From Candidatus Kapaibacterium sp. (lineage in GTDB: Bacteria; Bacteroidota; Ignavibacteria; Kapaibacteriales; UBA7675), in NCBI GenBank assembly GCA_028284775.1, contig JANQRB010000167.1, forward strand, positions 106-64,105: a DNA stretch of 64,000 bases, read 5' to 3'. Positions 37,906-48,100 of this stretch are shown here, piece after piece. A program made the position numbers and the translations under genes. The notes under the pieces are model-generated. The model was not told the origin of the DNA and did no database searches. It was given only the letters and a program-made list of their open reading frames with translations. Numbering within the stretch: the first letter of the stretch is position 1; each line of letters opens with the position of its first letter.

Positions 37906-39348
37906 ATGGAAAAACTGAAGAATTACATTGGCGGCAAGATGCTCGCGCCGCGCTCTCGCAGCTATTTCAATAACTACGAGCCGGCGATCGGCAGGCCGTA
38001 TTCCCTTGTGCCCGATTCCGATGCGCGCGACGTGCAGGCGGCGGTCGAGGCGGCGCAGTCGGCCTTTCCAGCCTGGTCCGCGATGCCGGCGGAAGAACGC
38101 GGCGCTATCATGATGCGAATCGCCGCTATTGTCCGTGAGCGTCTGGAGCCCCTGGCCCGTGCCGAGTCTCGCGACAACGGCAAGCCGCTCTGGCTGGCCC
38201 GCAGCGTGGACATCCCGCGTGCTGCGACAAACTTTCACTTTTTCGGGACCGCGATTCAGCATTTCGCTTCGGAAGCGCATCCGATGGCCGACGGCAGCGT
38301 TAACTACACGCTGCGCAAGCCGCTTGGCGTCGTCGGTTGTATCTCGCCCTGGAACCTGCCATTGTACCTTTTTACCTGGAAAGTCGCGCCCGCGCTCGCA
38401 ACAGGCAACTGCGTGGTGGCCAAACCTTCGGAGATAACACCGAAGACGGCCTACCTCTTTGCCGACATTTGCCGCAAGGCGGGACTGCCGCCGGGCGTAC
38501 TTAACATCGTGCAGGGCAGCGGCGCCGGGGCCGGCGCCGCGATTGTCGAGCATCCTGAAATTGAGGCGATATCTTTTACGGGCGGTACCGCCACCGGACA
38601 GCAGATTGCGCGGACGGCCGCGCCGATGTTTAAGAAATTGTCGCTTGAATTGGGCGGTAAAAATCCAACGATCGTTTTTGCTGATTGCGACTATGAAAAA
38701 ACGATCGAGGAAACCGTCCGCGCGTCATTTGCGAACCAGGGTGAAATCTGTCTCTGCGGCTCGCGTATCTATGTCGAACGAGCTCTCTATGACCGCTATC
38801 GCGATGACTTTGTCAGACGTGTTAAAAAATTGAAGCCTGGCGACCCCGCCGCCAAAAACAGCCGGCAGGGCGCGCTGGTCTCGGAAGCACACTTAAACAA
38901 GGTGCTCTCTTATGTCGACCTGGCGCGTGACGAAGGCGGCCGGATTCTGACCGGCGGTAAACGCGCGCGCCTGCGCGGACGCTGTAAGGACGGTTGGTTT
39001 ATGCAGCCGACGGTTATTGAAGGACTTGACTATTCCTGCCGCACGAACCAGGAGGAAATATTCGGTCCGGTGGTGACGCTGCAGCCTTTCGACAGCGAGG
39101 AAGAAGCGCTGCGATATGCTAACGGCACCGTTTACGGTCTGGCGGCGAGCGTCTGGACGAATGACATCAAGCGTGCCCACAGGGTGGCCGACCGTCTGCA
39201 GAGCGGCATTGTCTGGCTGAATTGCTGGATGCTGCGCGACCTGCGGACACCCTTCGGCGGCATGAAAGATTCAGGGGTCGGCCGCGAAGGCGGGCTGGAA
39301 GCATTGCGATTCTTTACCGAGCCCAAGAACGTTTGTGTCAAGCTTTGA
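37906..39348 (+). CDS. 2-aminomuconate/2-hydroxymuconate semialdehyde dehydrogenase (ALDH8A1-like)
   Basis: ISPWNLPLYLFTWK, FTGG, LELGGKN, NQGEICLCGSR, EEIFGPV and RDLRTPFGG. Fits kynurenine-pathway context. Confidence 0.85.
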   Translation: MEKLKNYIGGKMLAPRSRSYFNNYEPAIGRPYSLVPDSDARDVQAAVEAAQSAFPAWSAMPAEERGAIMMRIAAIVRERLEPLARAESRDNGKPLWLARSVDIPRAATNFHFFGTAIQHFASEAHPMADGSVNYTLRKPLGVVGCISPWNLPLYLFTWKVAPALATGNCVVAKPSEITPKTAYLFADICRKAGLPPGVLNIVQGSGAGAGAAIVEHPEIEAISFTGGTATGQQIARTAAPMFKKLSLELGGKNPTIVFADCDYEKTIEETVRASFANQGEICLCGSRIYVERALYDRYRDDFVRRVKKLKPGDPAAKNSRQGALVSEAHLNKVLSYVDLARDEGGRILTGGKRARLRGRCKDGWFMQPTVIEGLDYSCRTNQEEIFGPVVTLQPFDSEEEALRYANGTVYGLAASVWTNDIKRAHRVADRLQSGIVWLNCWMLRDLRTPFGGMKDSGVGREGGLEALRFFTEPKNVCVKL

Positions 39349-39355
39349 GGGCGCC

Positions 39356-40495
39356 GTGCTGCTGCGAAAAGTCGTCCGTCTGCTGAAAATCTTGTCAATC
39401 AATGCCCTGGTCCTGCTGATTCTGTTGGCGGGACTCGAGCTGACGCTGCGGCTGGTCGATCCGCAAAACCTGCCCACGCCCGCGATCGGTTCGCACGAAT
39501 GGCGGGATGATTACAAACGGCCGACGCCGGCGTATGATGAGACCATCAGTTTTCCCGAAAGGAAGGTGCGCTGGACGATCAATGCACAAGGGCTGCGCGA
39601 TCACGAATTCGACAGCATCAAAGCGCCGGGGCTGGTGCGTATAATCGGCTTTGGCGATTCTTACACTTTCGGTTATACCGTCGAGCAGGAACAGACCTTT
39701 CTGCATCATCTCGAATCACTAATGAATGCCGAGCGGGCGCGTCGCTGTCCGGATTCGGCGCGTATGTTTCAAACCCTCAACATGGGCGTGGTGGATTGCG
39801 GCACGATTAACCAGTTTCGTTATGCCCGCGGGCGGGGAATGGCATATCAGCCGGATCTGCTGCTGCTGGCCGTATACCCCGGCAATGATGTCTATGACGT
39901 CCTTGCCGAGCACAAAAAGCCCGGCGCTCCTGACCCGGGCGCCGCCGCGGCCGGAACCAGAGCCAATCCGCTGCTGTCCTTTTTTCGCTACCATTCACAT
40001 CTCTATGCCTTTGTCAGCGAACGTCTGCACACCCTCTTGCTGCGCTTCGGTCTGCGCCAGGTTGACACATCGAGTATCGAGGTGCTGCGCAAAACCGAGA
40101 GCGCCAAGGTTCGGCAGGGTTGGAACCTGCTCGAGAGCCACATCATGCGCTTTGATTCGCTGGCGGCTGCGCATGATGCCGAACTTCTGGTGCTGCTGCT
40201 GCCGACACGGCATCAGGTACGGCAATCCGAGTGGGACTTCATTCGCGCAACTTATAAGCTCAGCGCAGATGACTTTCAGATCGACAGGGCGCAGCGACGG
40301 CTGAGTGACTTTTGTGCCGCAGCGAATATTGCCTGCCTCGATGCCCTGCCCGCCTTACGCCGCGACAGCCTCGCCGCCTTCAATCCCAACCGTGACCGCC
40401 ATCTCAGTCCCCGCGGACATTGGCTGGTGGCCGATACGCTCTTTCGATTCCTGCGACCTCGCCTGTGCGGGAGCGCGTGGACTCCGTCACCTTAG
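39356..40495 (+). CDS. Membrane-anchored SGNH/GDSL-family (AlgJ/AlgX/DltD-like) protein
   Basis: N-terminal TM helix, INAQGLRD, block I GDSYTFG, GND and block V DRHLSPRGH. GTG start taken after a GAGG site. Confidence 0.75.
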   Translation: MLLRKVVRLLKILSINALVLLILLAGLELTLRLVDPQNLPTPAIGSHEWRDDYKRPTPAYDETISFPERKVRWTINAQGLRDHEFDSIKAPGLVRIIGFGDSYTFGYTVEQEQTFLHHLESLMNAERARRCPDSARMFQTLNMGVVDCGTINQFRYARGRGMAYQPDLLLLAVYPGNDVYDVLAEHKKPGAPDPGAAAAGTRANPLLSFFRYHSHLYAFVSERLHTLLLRFGLRQVDTSSIEVLRKTESAKVRQGWNLLESHIMRFDSLAAAHDAELLVLLLPTRHQVRQSEWDFIRATYKLSADDFQIDRAQRRLSDFCAAANIACLDALPALRRDSLAAFNPNRDRHLSPRGHWLVADTLFRFLRPRLCGSAWTPSP

Positions 40496-40625
40496 CTTGC
40501 TCTCCGCTGGTGCGGGCGTCGATTAGTGCATTGTCGCATCGGCGGGATTAGCCATATTGTAGCCTGCGCGCCGTAGTGTGCGGCTGAGAAGCAATACGAT
40601 TGACAGGACAAGGCCGAGCGATTCA

Positions 40626-41012
40626 ATGAAGTTAACAGGTCGTGTTTCAAAGGCGGAAGCCAGGGATACAGGCATGGCACTTACGCTGCTGCTCCTGTTG
40701 CTGAACTGGCTGTTTGATTGGTCGGGCCTTTTGTTGCCGGCCTTGTTGACGCTGCTTGTCGCGATGACGGCGCCCGGGCTGTTCCGTCCTGCGGCCATCG
40801 TCTGGCTGGGACTTGCGCGCCTTCTGTCGGCCGTCAGCAGTCGGCTGATTCTGACTGTTGTATACAGCCTGGTCATTACACCGATCGGCCTGTTGCGGCG
40901 CGCGTTAGGCGCCGACCCCTTGCGCGTACGACAATGGAAGCAAGGGCGCGATTCCGTCTTTACGACTCGCTCGGGCGAGGGGAGTGCGAGCGAAATCGAA
41001 CAACCATTCTGA
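40626..41012 (+). CDS. SxtJ-family membrane protein
   Basis: Hydrophobic segments, W..LA..L..V.SRLIL.VVY..VITPIGLLRR..G.DPL and C-terminal EQPF. Confidence 0.8.
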   Translation: MKLTGRVSKAEARDTGMALTLLLLLLNWLFDWSGLLLPALLTLLVAMTAPGLFRPAAIVWLGLARLLSAVSSRLILTVVYSLVITPIGLLRRALGADPLRVRQWKQGRDSVFTTRSGEGSASEIEQPF

Positions 41013-41035
41013 GGCGCTAACCAGGGAGCGGAAGC

Positions 41036-41185
41036 ATGGAATTTTGGAAGGACATCTGGGGATTTCTGACCCAGCGCAAAAAGTACTGGCTGCTGCCCGC
41101 GATACTGGTATTGCTCGTGTTCGGCGCGCTACTGGTGTTTAGCTCCGGCTCAGCCATTGCGCCCTTTATTTACACCTTGTTCTGA
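41036..41185 (+). CDS. 49-aa single-pass membrane peptide (SxtK / DUF5989 family); not in ORF track
   Basis: Translated by hand: MEFWKDIWGFLTQRKKYWLLPAILVLLVFGALLVFSSGSAIAPFIYTLF*. GGAG site upstream; lies between sxtJ-like and carbamoyltransferase genes. Confidence 0.88.
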   Translation: MEFWKDIWGFLTQRKKYWLLPAILVLLVFGALLVFSSGSAIAPFIYTLF

Positions 41186-41190
41186 GTACT

Positions 41191-43065
41191 ATGGCCGAGG
41201 CATTTCTGGGCATTTCCGCCTACTACCACGACAGCGCCGCCGCACTTGTTCTGGACGGCAGGATTGTTGCCGCTGCCCAGGAAGAACGCTTCAGCCGCAA
41301 AAAACACGACGCGTCGTTTCCGGCTCAGGCGGCGCGATACGTGTTGGCGGAGGCCGGACTTGACCTACAGGATTTGCGAGCGATCGCATTCTACGATAAG
41401 CCTTTCCTTAAGTTCGAACGCCTGTTGGAGAGCTACCATGCCTTCGCGCCCCGGGGCTTGCGCAGCTTTTTGCAGTCAATGCCGGTCTGGGTGAAAGACA
41501 AGCTCTTCATGCGCCGGATGCTTAAACAAGAATTGACGAAGCTCGCAGCCGCGCCGCCGGAGAAATGGCCGCGCCTGCTCTTTCCCGAACATCACCTGTC
41601 GCACGCCGCCAGTGCCTTTTATCCCTCGCCCTTCAGTGAAGCAGCTATCCTGACAGTTGATGGTGTCGGCGAGTGGGCCACGACCACGATTGCCGCCGGA
41701 GCGGGCAACAAGGTCAGCATCCTGCGCGATCTTAGCTTCCCGCATTCGGTCGGGCTGTTGTATTCGGCCTTTACCTATTACTGCGGCTTTAAGGTTAACA
41801 GCGGTGAATACAAGCTTATGGGCCTTGCGCCCTATGGCAATAGCGATGGAGAGCGTGTTAAACGCTTTTACCGCCTGATTTTCGACCAGCTTGTCGATTT
41901 GCGCGATGATGGCTCGCTGCTGCTGAACATGGAGTATTTCGACTTTGTTACGGGATTGCGCATGTGTAAAGACGCGCGCTGGGAATCGCTCTTCGGCATC
42001 CCGCGCCGCGCCGCCGAAAGCGAATTGACGCCGGCCTATATGGATATGGCCCTGGCGATTCAACAGGCTGTAGAGGAAATAGTGCTGCGTATGGCCGGCA
42101 GCGCGGTGGCAGTGACGGGAATGCGGCGGCTGGTGATGGCGGGCGGCGTTGCGCTTAACTGTGTCGCCAACGGCAAGCTGCTGCGCTCGGGAATTGTCGA
42201 TGAGCTCTGGATTCAGCCGGCGGCGGGCGATGCCGGTGGCGCCCTGGGGGCGGCTTACGCGGCCGCGCATCTTTGGGCGGACGAAGATCGCTCCATCCCT
42301 GCGGAGGCCGCGGACGCAATGCAGGGGTCCTACCTCGGACCGTCGTTCGACGCAAATGATGTTGCGCGTCTCTGCCGCCGCTATGCCGCGTCCTGCCGTC
42401 ATTTTGAAGATTTCGACGCATTAACGGCATCGGTCGCGCAGGAGCTGGCGGGCGGCCACATTGTCGGCTGGTTCCAGGGGCGGATGGAGTGGGGACCGCG
42501 TGCCCTCGGCAATCGCAGCATCCTGGGCGACGCCCGGCGGCCGGAGATGCAGAAACGTCTGAACCTGAAAATAAAATACCGCGAGGGTTTTCGTCCCTTT
42601 GCCCCGGCGGTCCTTGCCGAGGACAGCGGGGACTTTTTCGATCTGGCGCAGCCCTCGCCCTATATGTTACTGGTGGCGCCTGTACGGGAATCGCGTCGTC
42701 GTCCCCTGCCGGAAGACTATCCCGAGATGGAAATGTATGCAAGGCTTTATCACCAGCGCTCGGATATCCCGGCCGTGACGCATATCGATTATTCGGCCCG
42801 CATCCAGACCGTCCATGCCGAAACGAATCCGCGCTTTCACGCCCTGCTGACGGCCTTCCGCGAACACAGCGGCTACGGTCTGCTGGTCAACACCAGTTTT
42901 AACGTACGCGGAGAACCCATTGTCTGCACGCCGGAAGACGCTTATCGTTGTTTTATGACGACCGAAATGGATGTGCTGGTGATCGGCAACGCCCTGTTCT
43001 ATAAGAACGAGCAGCCTGCATGGCAGGCGGACAAGCGCCAGAATCAGACCTTTGAGGCGGATTGA
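41191..43065 (+). CDS. O-carbamoyltransferase (NodU/CmcH/TobZ; SxtI-like)
   Basis: HDSAAAL, QEERFSRKKHD, EHHLSHAAS, GEYKLMGLAPYG, GGVALNC, GPRALGNRSIL, FRPFAP and NTSFN. Confidence 0.93.
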   Translation: MAEAFLGISAYYHDSAAALVLDGRIVAAAQEERFSRKKHDASFPAQAARYVLAEAGLDLQDLRAIAFYDKPFLKFERLLESYHAFAPRGLRSFLQSMPVWVKDKLFMRRMLKQELTKLAAAPPEKWPRLLFPEHHLSHAASAFYPSPFSEAAILTVDGVGEWATTTIAAGAGNKVSILRDLSFPHSVGLLYSAFTYYCGFKVNSGEYKLMGLAPYGNSDGERVKRFYRLIFDQLVDLRDDGSLLLNMEYFDFVTGLRMCKDARWESLFGIPRRAAESELTPAYMDMALAIQQAVEEIVLRMAGSAVAVTGMRRLVMAGGVALNCVANGKLLRSGIVDELWIQPAAGDAGGALGAAYAAAHLWADEDRSIPAEAADAMQGSYLGPSFDANDVARLCRRYAASCRHFEDFDALTASVAQELAGGHIVGWFQGRMEWGPRALGNRSILGDARRPEMQKRLNLKIKYREGFRPFAPAVLAEDSGDFFDLAQPSPYMLLVAPVRESRRRPLPEDYPEMEMYARLYHQRSDIPAVTHIDYSARIQTVHAETNPRFHALLTAFREHSGYGLLVNTSFNVRGEPIVCTPEDAYRCFMTTEMDVLVIGNALFYKNEQPAWQADKRQNQTFEAD

Positions 43066-43126
43066 GGACTGACCTATCTTCCAAAGCGAATTGATTCGTG
43101 ACGACCTAAGGCTTACTCAGTAACAG

Positions 43127-43390
43127 CTACACTTTCTGCTCGCCGTTCACTAATTCGACCGGTAAGATGTCGTAGCCGGACATCGTCGTCTGTTTCTCCT
43201 GCGAGAAGAATTCATCCAGCCATTGATCGACGGCGCGGCGCTGCACCAGCAGTTTGTGTCCGAGCCAGATGCCTTTTTTGATATCGCCTGTTTTCATGGC
43301 ATTGCGAATCTTCTTAATCGCAATGCGACCGTTGACGTAGTTGTAGACGTCTTCATCGGTCATGGGTACGTGGGGACTACGGTATTCCAT
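43127..43390 (-). CDS. Small excisionase/MerR-like (HTH_17) DNA-binding protein
   Basis: MTDEDVYNYV...IKKIRNAMKTGDI...LGHKLLVQRRAVDQWL fits the Xis/HTH_17 pattern. Confidence 0.5.
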   Translation of the reverse strand: MEYRSPHVPMTDEDVYNYVNGRIAIKKIRNAMKTGDIKKGIWLGHKLLVQRRAVDQWLDEFFSQEKQTTMSGYDILPVELVNGEQKV

Positions 43391-43662
43391 TAAGCCGTTA
43401 CTTAGCACTGTGAGTTATTCTTTCCGAGTTTGAAATACGGCCGCGTATTCCGGACAGTCTCATTGAATACACAGACGGATCATGGTAATGACGCAAAATG
43501 AGTGATATTCCTCGATCGGCCGTCCATTTTTTCCCGGCGGCTAAGGGAATTGAAGAAGATGCAGTGTTAATCTGACCCCTTGAATGAGTACTTAACAAGT
43601 TCGTGTGAGAAAAAGGAAGCAAGGGAGTGGAACGTAGCCGCGTTTCCGATCGGCTGGCCCGC

Positions 43663-44706
43663 TCAGCGAAAGCGAAATGTAATCGGAACCATTACCCAAC
43701 ACTTAAAGTAACGACCTTCTTCCCGGGCCGGCTCGAATCTGATTTGCTCCAGGGCCTTAAGGGCAGCCTCGCTAAACAGAGGTACGAAATTCTCATCGAA
43801 GTCTTCTGCTTCGGTGATGTGTTCGATTTGATTGCCCTGTTCGTCGATTAATATGCGAATCCTGATCTGACCTTCCTGGTTTGCGCGAACGCCGGCTTCG
43901 GGATAAACAACGAAGCTCTGCAACAGCGGCAGATCGAGGTAGGGTTCGCAGATGTCGTACAGCTCGAGTTCCACCTGTATCGAGTCATGGGGAATTTTGG
44001 CTTTGCCGCTCGAATCGACGGCGATAAGTTCGCCGCTGTACTCGCTGCCGCCTGCGCTTACATATCTACCCTCCGGTGTACGCCGATCGTTGATATAGCG
44101 GCCTTCATAGCGATCGCCGTTGGCCCAGTAATACACGCCTTTGCCGTGGCGCCGGTTGTTGCGAATCTGACCCTCATAACGATCTCCGCCGGGAAAGAAC
44201 ATCGTACCCCGGCCATCCAGGTATTGGGAGTCGTGCGCCTCGCCTTCATAGCGTTTGCCGTTCGGCCAGCGGATGGTGACGGCCGAGTTTAGCTCGCCGT
44301 TGGCGAATTTCGCCTGATACTCTTTGCCCCAGTAATACTTGCGATGAAAATTTCCATGCAACAGTCCATGACGATACTCCGCCGTAAAAGAGTCGCCATC
44401 CTTGTGGGTATACTGCGTCTCGCAGGCTCCATGCAGCCGTCCCCCAGCAAAATTTCCGTGCACAACAGCTTGCAACGCAGTGTCTAGGTACCAGCGAACA
44501 ATTCCCTTCCCATGGGCAAAGCCATTCACGCAGTCTCCCTCATAGCTGATCGAATCACCTGGTGGGTCAGCAGGTAATTCAACATGGCAGTTGGAACGCG
44601 CATCGCTGATCCACTCGATGCCCCGGGTGCAGCTCGCCAGGATAGCAAACGCAAGGAGCGCCGGGAAAATCACTACCTTTCGTCGATTAATGCTGTGCAT
44701 ACTCAT
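43663..44706 (-). CDS. Lipoprotein with MORN repeats and C-terminal TonB_C domain
   Basis: Lipobox LASC, YEGDCVNGFAHGKG, repeated GDRYEG...HGKG, and YPEAG...QEGQI.I...IDEQG...FEPA...VPITF. Confidence 0.78.
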   Translation of the reverse strand: MSMHSINRRKVVIFPALLAFAILASCTRGIEWISDARSNCHVELPADPPGDSISYEGDCVNGFAHGKGIVRWYLDTALQAVVHGNFAGGRLHGACETQYTHKDGDSFTAEYRHGLLHGNFHRKYYWGKEYQAKFANGELNSAVTIRWPNGKRYEGEAHDSQYLDGRGTMFFPGGDRYEGQIRNNRRHGKGVYYWANGDRYEGRYINDRRTPEGRYVSAGGSEYSGELIAVDSSGKAKIPHDSIQVELELYDICEPYLDLPLLQSFVVYPEAGVRANQEGQIRIRILIDEQGNQIEHITEAEDFDENFVPLFSEAALKALEQIRFEPAREEGRYFKCWVMVPITFRFR

Positions 44707-45167
44707 AGTAGGTCAGTTTTGAATTGTGCTTGGAGAGAAGATTCAGGATGGGCGAGAGAGCGCAAGAAATTCCACGCAATGTTAAGCCAAATTTTCAAAT
44801 TCAACAATGAATTTTAGCGATATGGACTCAGATCGCCTTGTGAGCCTGGTGGCAGTTTTTGCCTGTTCTTGGCTGCGAGTGGATTGATTGAATCTCACTG
44901 CGCTGAGCTGCGGTCGGCCCCGAAAGAAGGGTAATTGCTCCTGGGCCGCTCGTTACACCGGGGTCATCCTTTCAATTTTACCCCAATTTTCTCAGCTGAA
45001 ACTGCGATTTTTGCGGAGATGCGAATAATTAAGAGCAAAGTGTCGATCTCGTCTCACCAATCGTCGCCAAATGTGTCTAAGCGGGGTAGGCCGCGGAAAC
45101 GGCCGCCGTCGTCAGAGATCGATTTCGCTACTGCTGAAATCATCGCTGAGACGTAGCGAACAATTGA

Positions 45168-48100
45168 ATGATTTGCCGCAGTCATCATATCGTGGTTCGA
45201 CTTGCGCTGGGCGCTGTGCTCGGTTTGTTCCTGTCCGTGCCGATGATAAATGCGCAACAGGAATTTCTCCAACTTATCGATGTCAACTCCGCTGATTTTC
45301 CCACGGTAACGGCAAATATTTTCGCCTTTGATGAAAGCGGTCAATCGCTCCAAGGGCTGGTTGCCGAAGACATTCTGTTGAGCGACAATGGCGCCGACAT
45401 AGCCGGATTGCGTCTGGAATGCCCCGGCGACGTGGAAGCTCAAGCGCTTTCATCCGTTCTGGCAATCGATGCCTCGCTCTCGATGGATGGCGCGCGCTGG
45501 CAGATCGCCCGCCATGGCGCCGAACACTGGATTGACCGGGCGTTGGATGGCAGCTCGGATTGTGCTTTGAGTATTTTTGATCGACAATCCTATGTTTTGC
45601 AGGACTTCAGCAGTGATCAGGGCAGGCTTACTGCAGCGCTTGACCGGCATACGACTGGCAGCGGCACCGATTTCAACGCAGCCCTGCTGGATGGTCCGGC
45701 GGCAGCCTTGCGCCTTGCCGGCCGCGCCGGGCACCGGCCGATTGTGATTCTGCTGACAGACGGCGCCGGCCCCCTGGACCTGACCCGTGTACGCGACTTC
45801 GCTCTGTCAAACGGACTCACAATTTATTGTCTGGGCCTTTTTTCAGTCCTGCAGAAGGATCTGAAGACCCTGGCAATGGAGACGGGCGGCTACTGCTTCG
45901 ATCGCATTGCCAGCCTGGAAGAGATTCGCCGCTATTACAGTCTTGTGCTTTATCTGGCGCGCGGCGGAAAGCCCTGCCGCCTCTCCTGGCAGGCTGTCGG
46001 CGACTGCGATACCGAACGGGAGGTCGGGCTCGAGGTCGTCAACAGTGAATTGTCGCTGACATTTCAGTATCAACCTTCACCGGCTAATCGGGCGCGTGCC
46101 GAAATCGCGCCTTCATCGATTGAATTCGGCGCTGTGATCCCGGATGGTCGCCGGGTGGAACGCGAGGTCATTATTACGGCCCGGGATGCAGCGCTGCGTC
46201 TCGACGGTTTTCAGAGCAGTGACGCCCGCTTCCACATCGAGCGTCCGGATCCACCCGCAGGAAATATTCTTCAGCCCAATGAGAGCGAGCACGTCGTGCT
46301 TGTCTACACGCCGCCGGATTCGGCCTCGGTCGTGGCGCAGATCTCACTGCAATCCGATTCCTGCGCCGACACCTTGTTCCATGTCGCAGGAGGGTATCAA
46401 AACGCCTCCTTCGGTCCGCGGCAACTACGGCTGCTCAGCCCGGCCGCCGGTGATACGCTGCTGGCGGGGCAGGAGCTGGCCATTACCTGGGACGGCGTTC
46501 TGCCGGACGAAAAGATACAGATCGATTATCGCGCCGGGCCAGCCGCTGATTGGGAGTTAGTGACTGACGCAGCAAGTAACCTGCGATATGACTGGCAGGC
46601 GCCGATCAGCGCGGGCCCAACGACCGAGCTGCGGCTGCGGTATTTTGCCGAAGGCAATGTCGATGCATCGCACGCTGAAATCCATCCCTTTGCGCAGCGA
46701 TCCGTCACAGGGCAGGCGCGGGGCGTCGACTTCATTCCGGGTGACAGTCTGGCTGTCATTACCGGCGGGACATCAGATGCTTTGAACCCGGTTCAGATTT
46801 GGAACTACCGCAGTGACAGCATCATCAGGAGCTTCGACCTGAGCGGGGCAGGTCGCCTGACGGCACAGGATGTCAGTACAAGCGGGCACTATCTCGCCTT
46901 GGGCGGGATCGACGGCGTCGTCTATCTCTTCAGGCTGAGCGAAGGCGAGCTGATCCGCCGTTTCACCATCGGCAACACACCGGTGACCTATGTGGCGATC
47001 AGCGCTGATGAACGCTACCTCGCTGCCAGTTATGCCAATGCCGGCATCGGTGCCGTTATCTGGGATTTACAGACGCTGGAGCAGGTGCATGATATCACCG
47101 ATCACATCGGAACGATTCATACGATTCGCTTCAGCGCCGACGTGACATCATTTCTTACGACCGGCGCAGACCGTTCGACGCGTATCTGGTCATTGGAATC
47201 CGCCGTGACGTTTCGGACTCTCAATTCGCATAGCGACGAGGTGCTCTGCGCTGCCTTCAGTCCGGATGGCTCGCTCGTTGCGACCGGCAGTCGTGACGGT
47301 AGTCTCGAATTATGGCAGGTTGCGCCCTGGCGACGCATTCGCAAACTCAGCCTCAATGATTTGCCCGTCCTCGATCTTGACTTCAGCCCTGATGGTAAGA
47401 TGCTGCTGGCGGCTTATCAGTTCGGCAGCGCCGAAGTATGGCGTCTGAGCTCTTTCGAGTCGGCCCGCACGCTGGTGGGGCATCGGAATGATGTGAATTT
47501 CGGCCGTTTCCATCCCGACGGCATCCTGGCGGCCAGCAGCGACAAAGACGGTCGTGTCATCGTATGGCGTCTGGATGTGGCCCGTCGCGAACTGTCGCAA
47601 ACTTCACGCGTGCTGAGGCATTTGCAACCGGCGCTGACGCTTGTGGAACGAGTAGCGATGGGAGATGTCATTCTCAATCGGCAGCGTGATTCGATTGTCA
47701 ATTCCTGCCTGTGCAATCGCTCCGACGCTCCGGTGCTGGTGCGCTCGCTGACGCTGCAACAGGATGAAGAAGGAGAATTCGAGCTGCCGACTCGGGCGGT
47801 ACCGCTTAGCCTGCGGCCCGGTATCTGCCATCCGTTGGAAATTCGTTTTCGGCCCTCTCGGACGGGCGAGCGCAGGGCGCTGCTGGTTGCGGAGACTGCT
47901 AACGAAGTACTGCACTGCAGGCTTATCGGCAACGGCTTGCCTGCCGGCATGAGCGGCGTCTCTATACTCGACTTCGGAATGGTCGCGCCGGGCGAGCGGA
48001 AAGACAGCAGCATTAGTTTGCAGGTTGAAAACAACAGCGGAGAGCCCGTGCTGCTTTCCGGTCTTCGCTTACGGGGTCCGGACAGCGAGCAATTTTCCAT

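Noticed and set aside
40626-43065. Saxitoxin biosynthesis
   Set aside because: Only sxtI/J/K-like genes are present, with no sxtA, sxtG or sxtB. The trio is known outside toxin clusters.
43106-43410. Imperfect direct repeats (taaggcttactcagta / taagccgttacttagca) flanking the Xis-like gene as att sites
   Set aside because: The match is short and gapped, and is compatible with chance.
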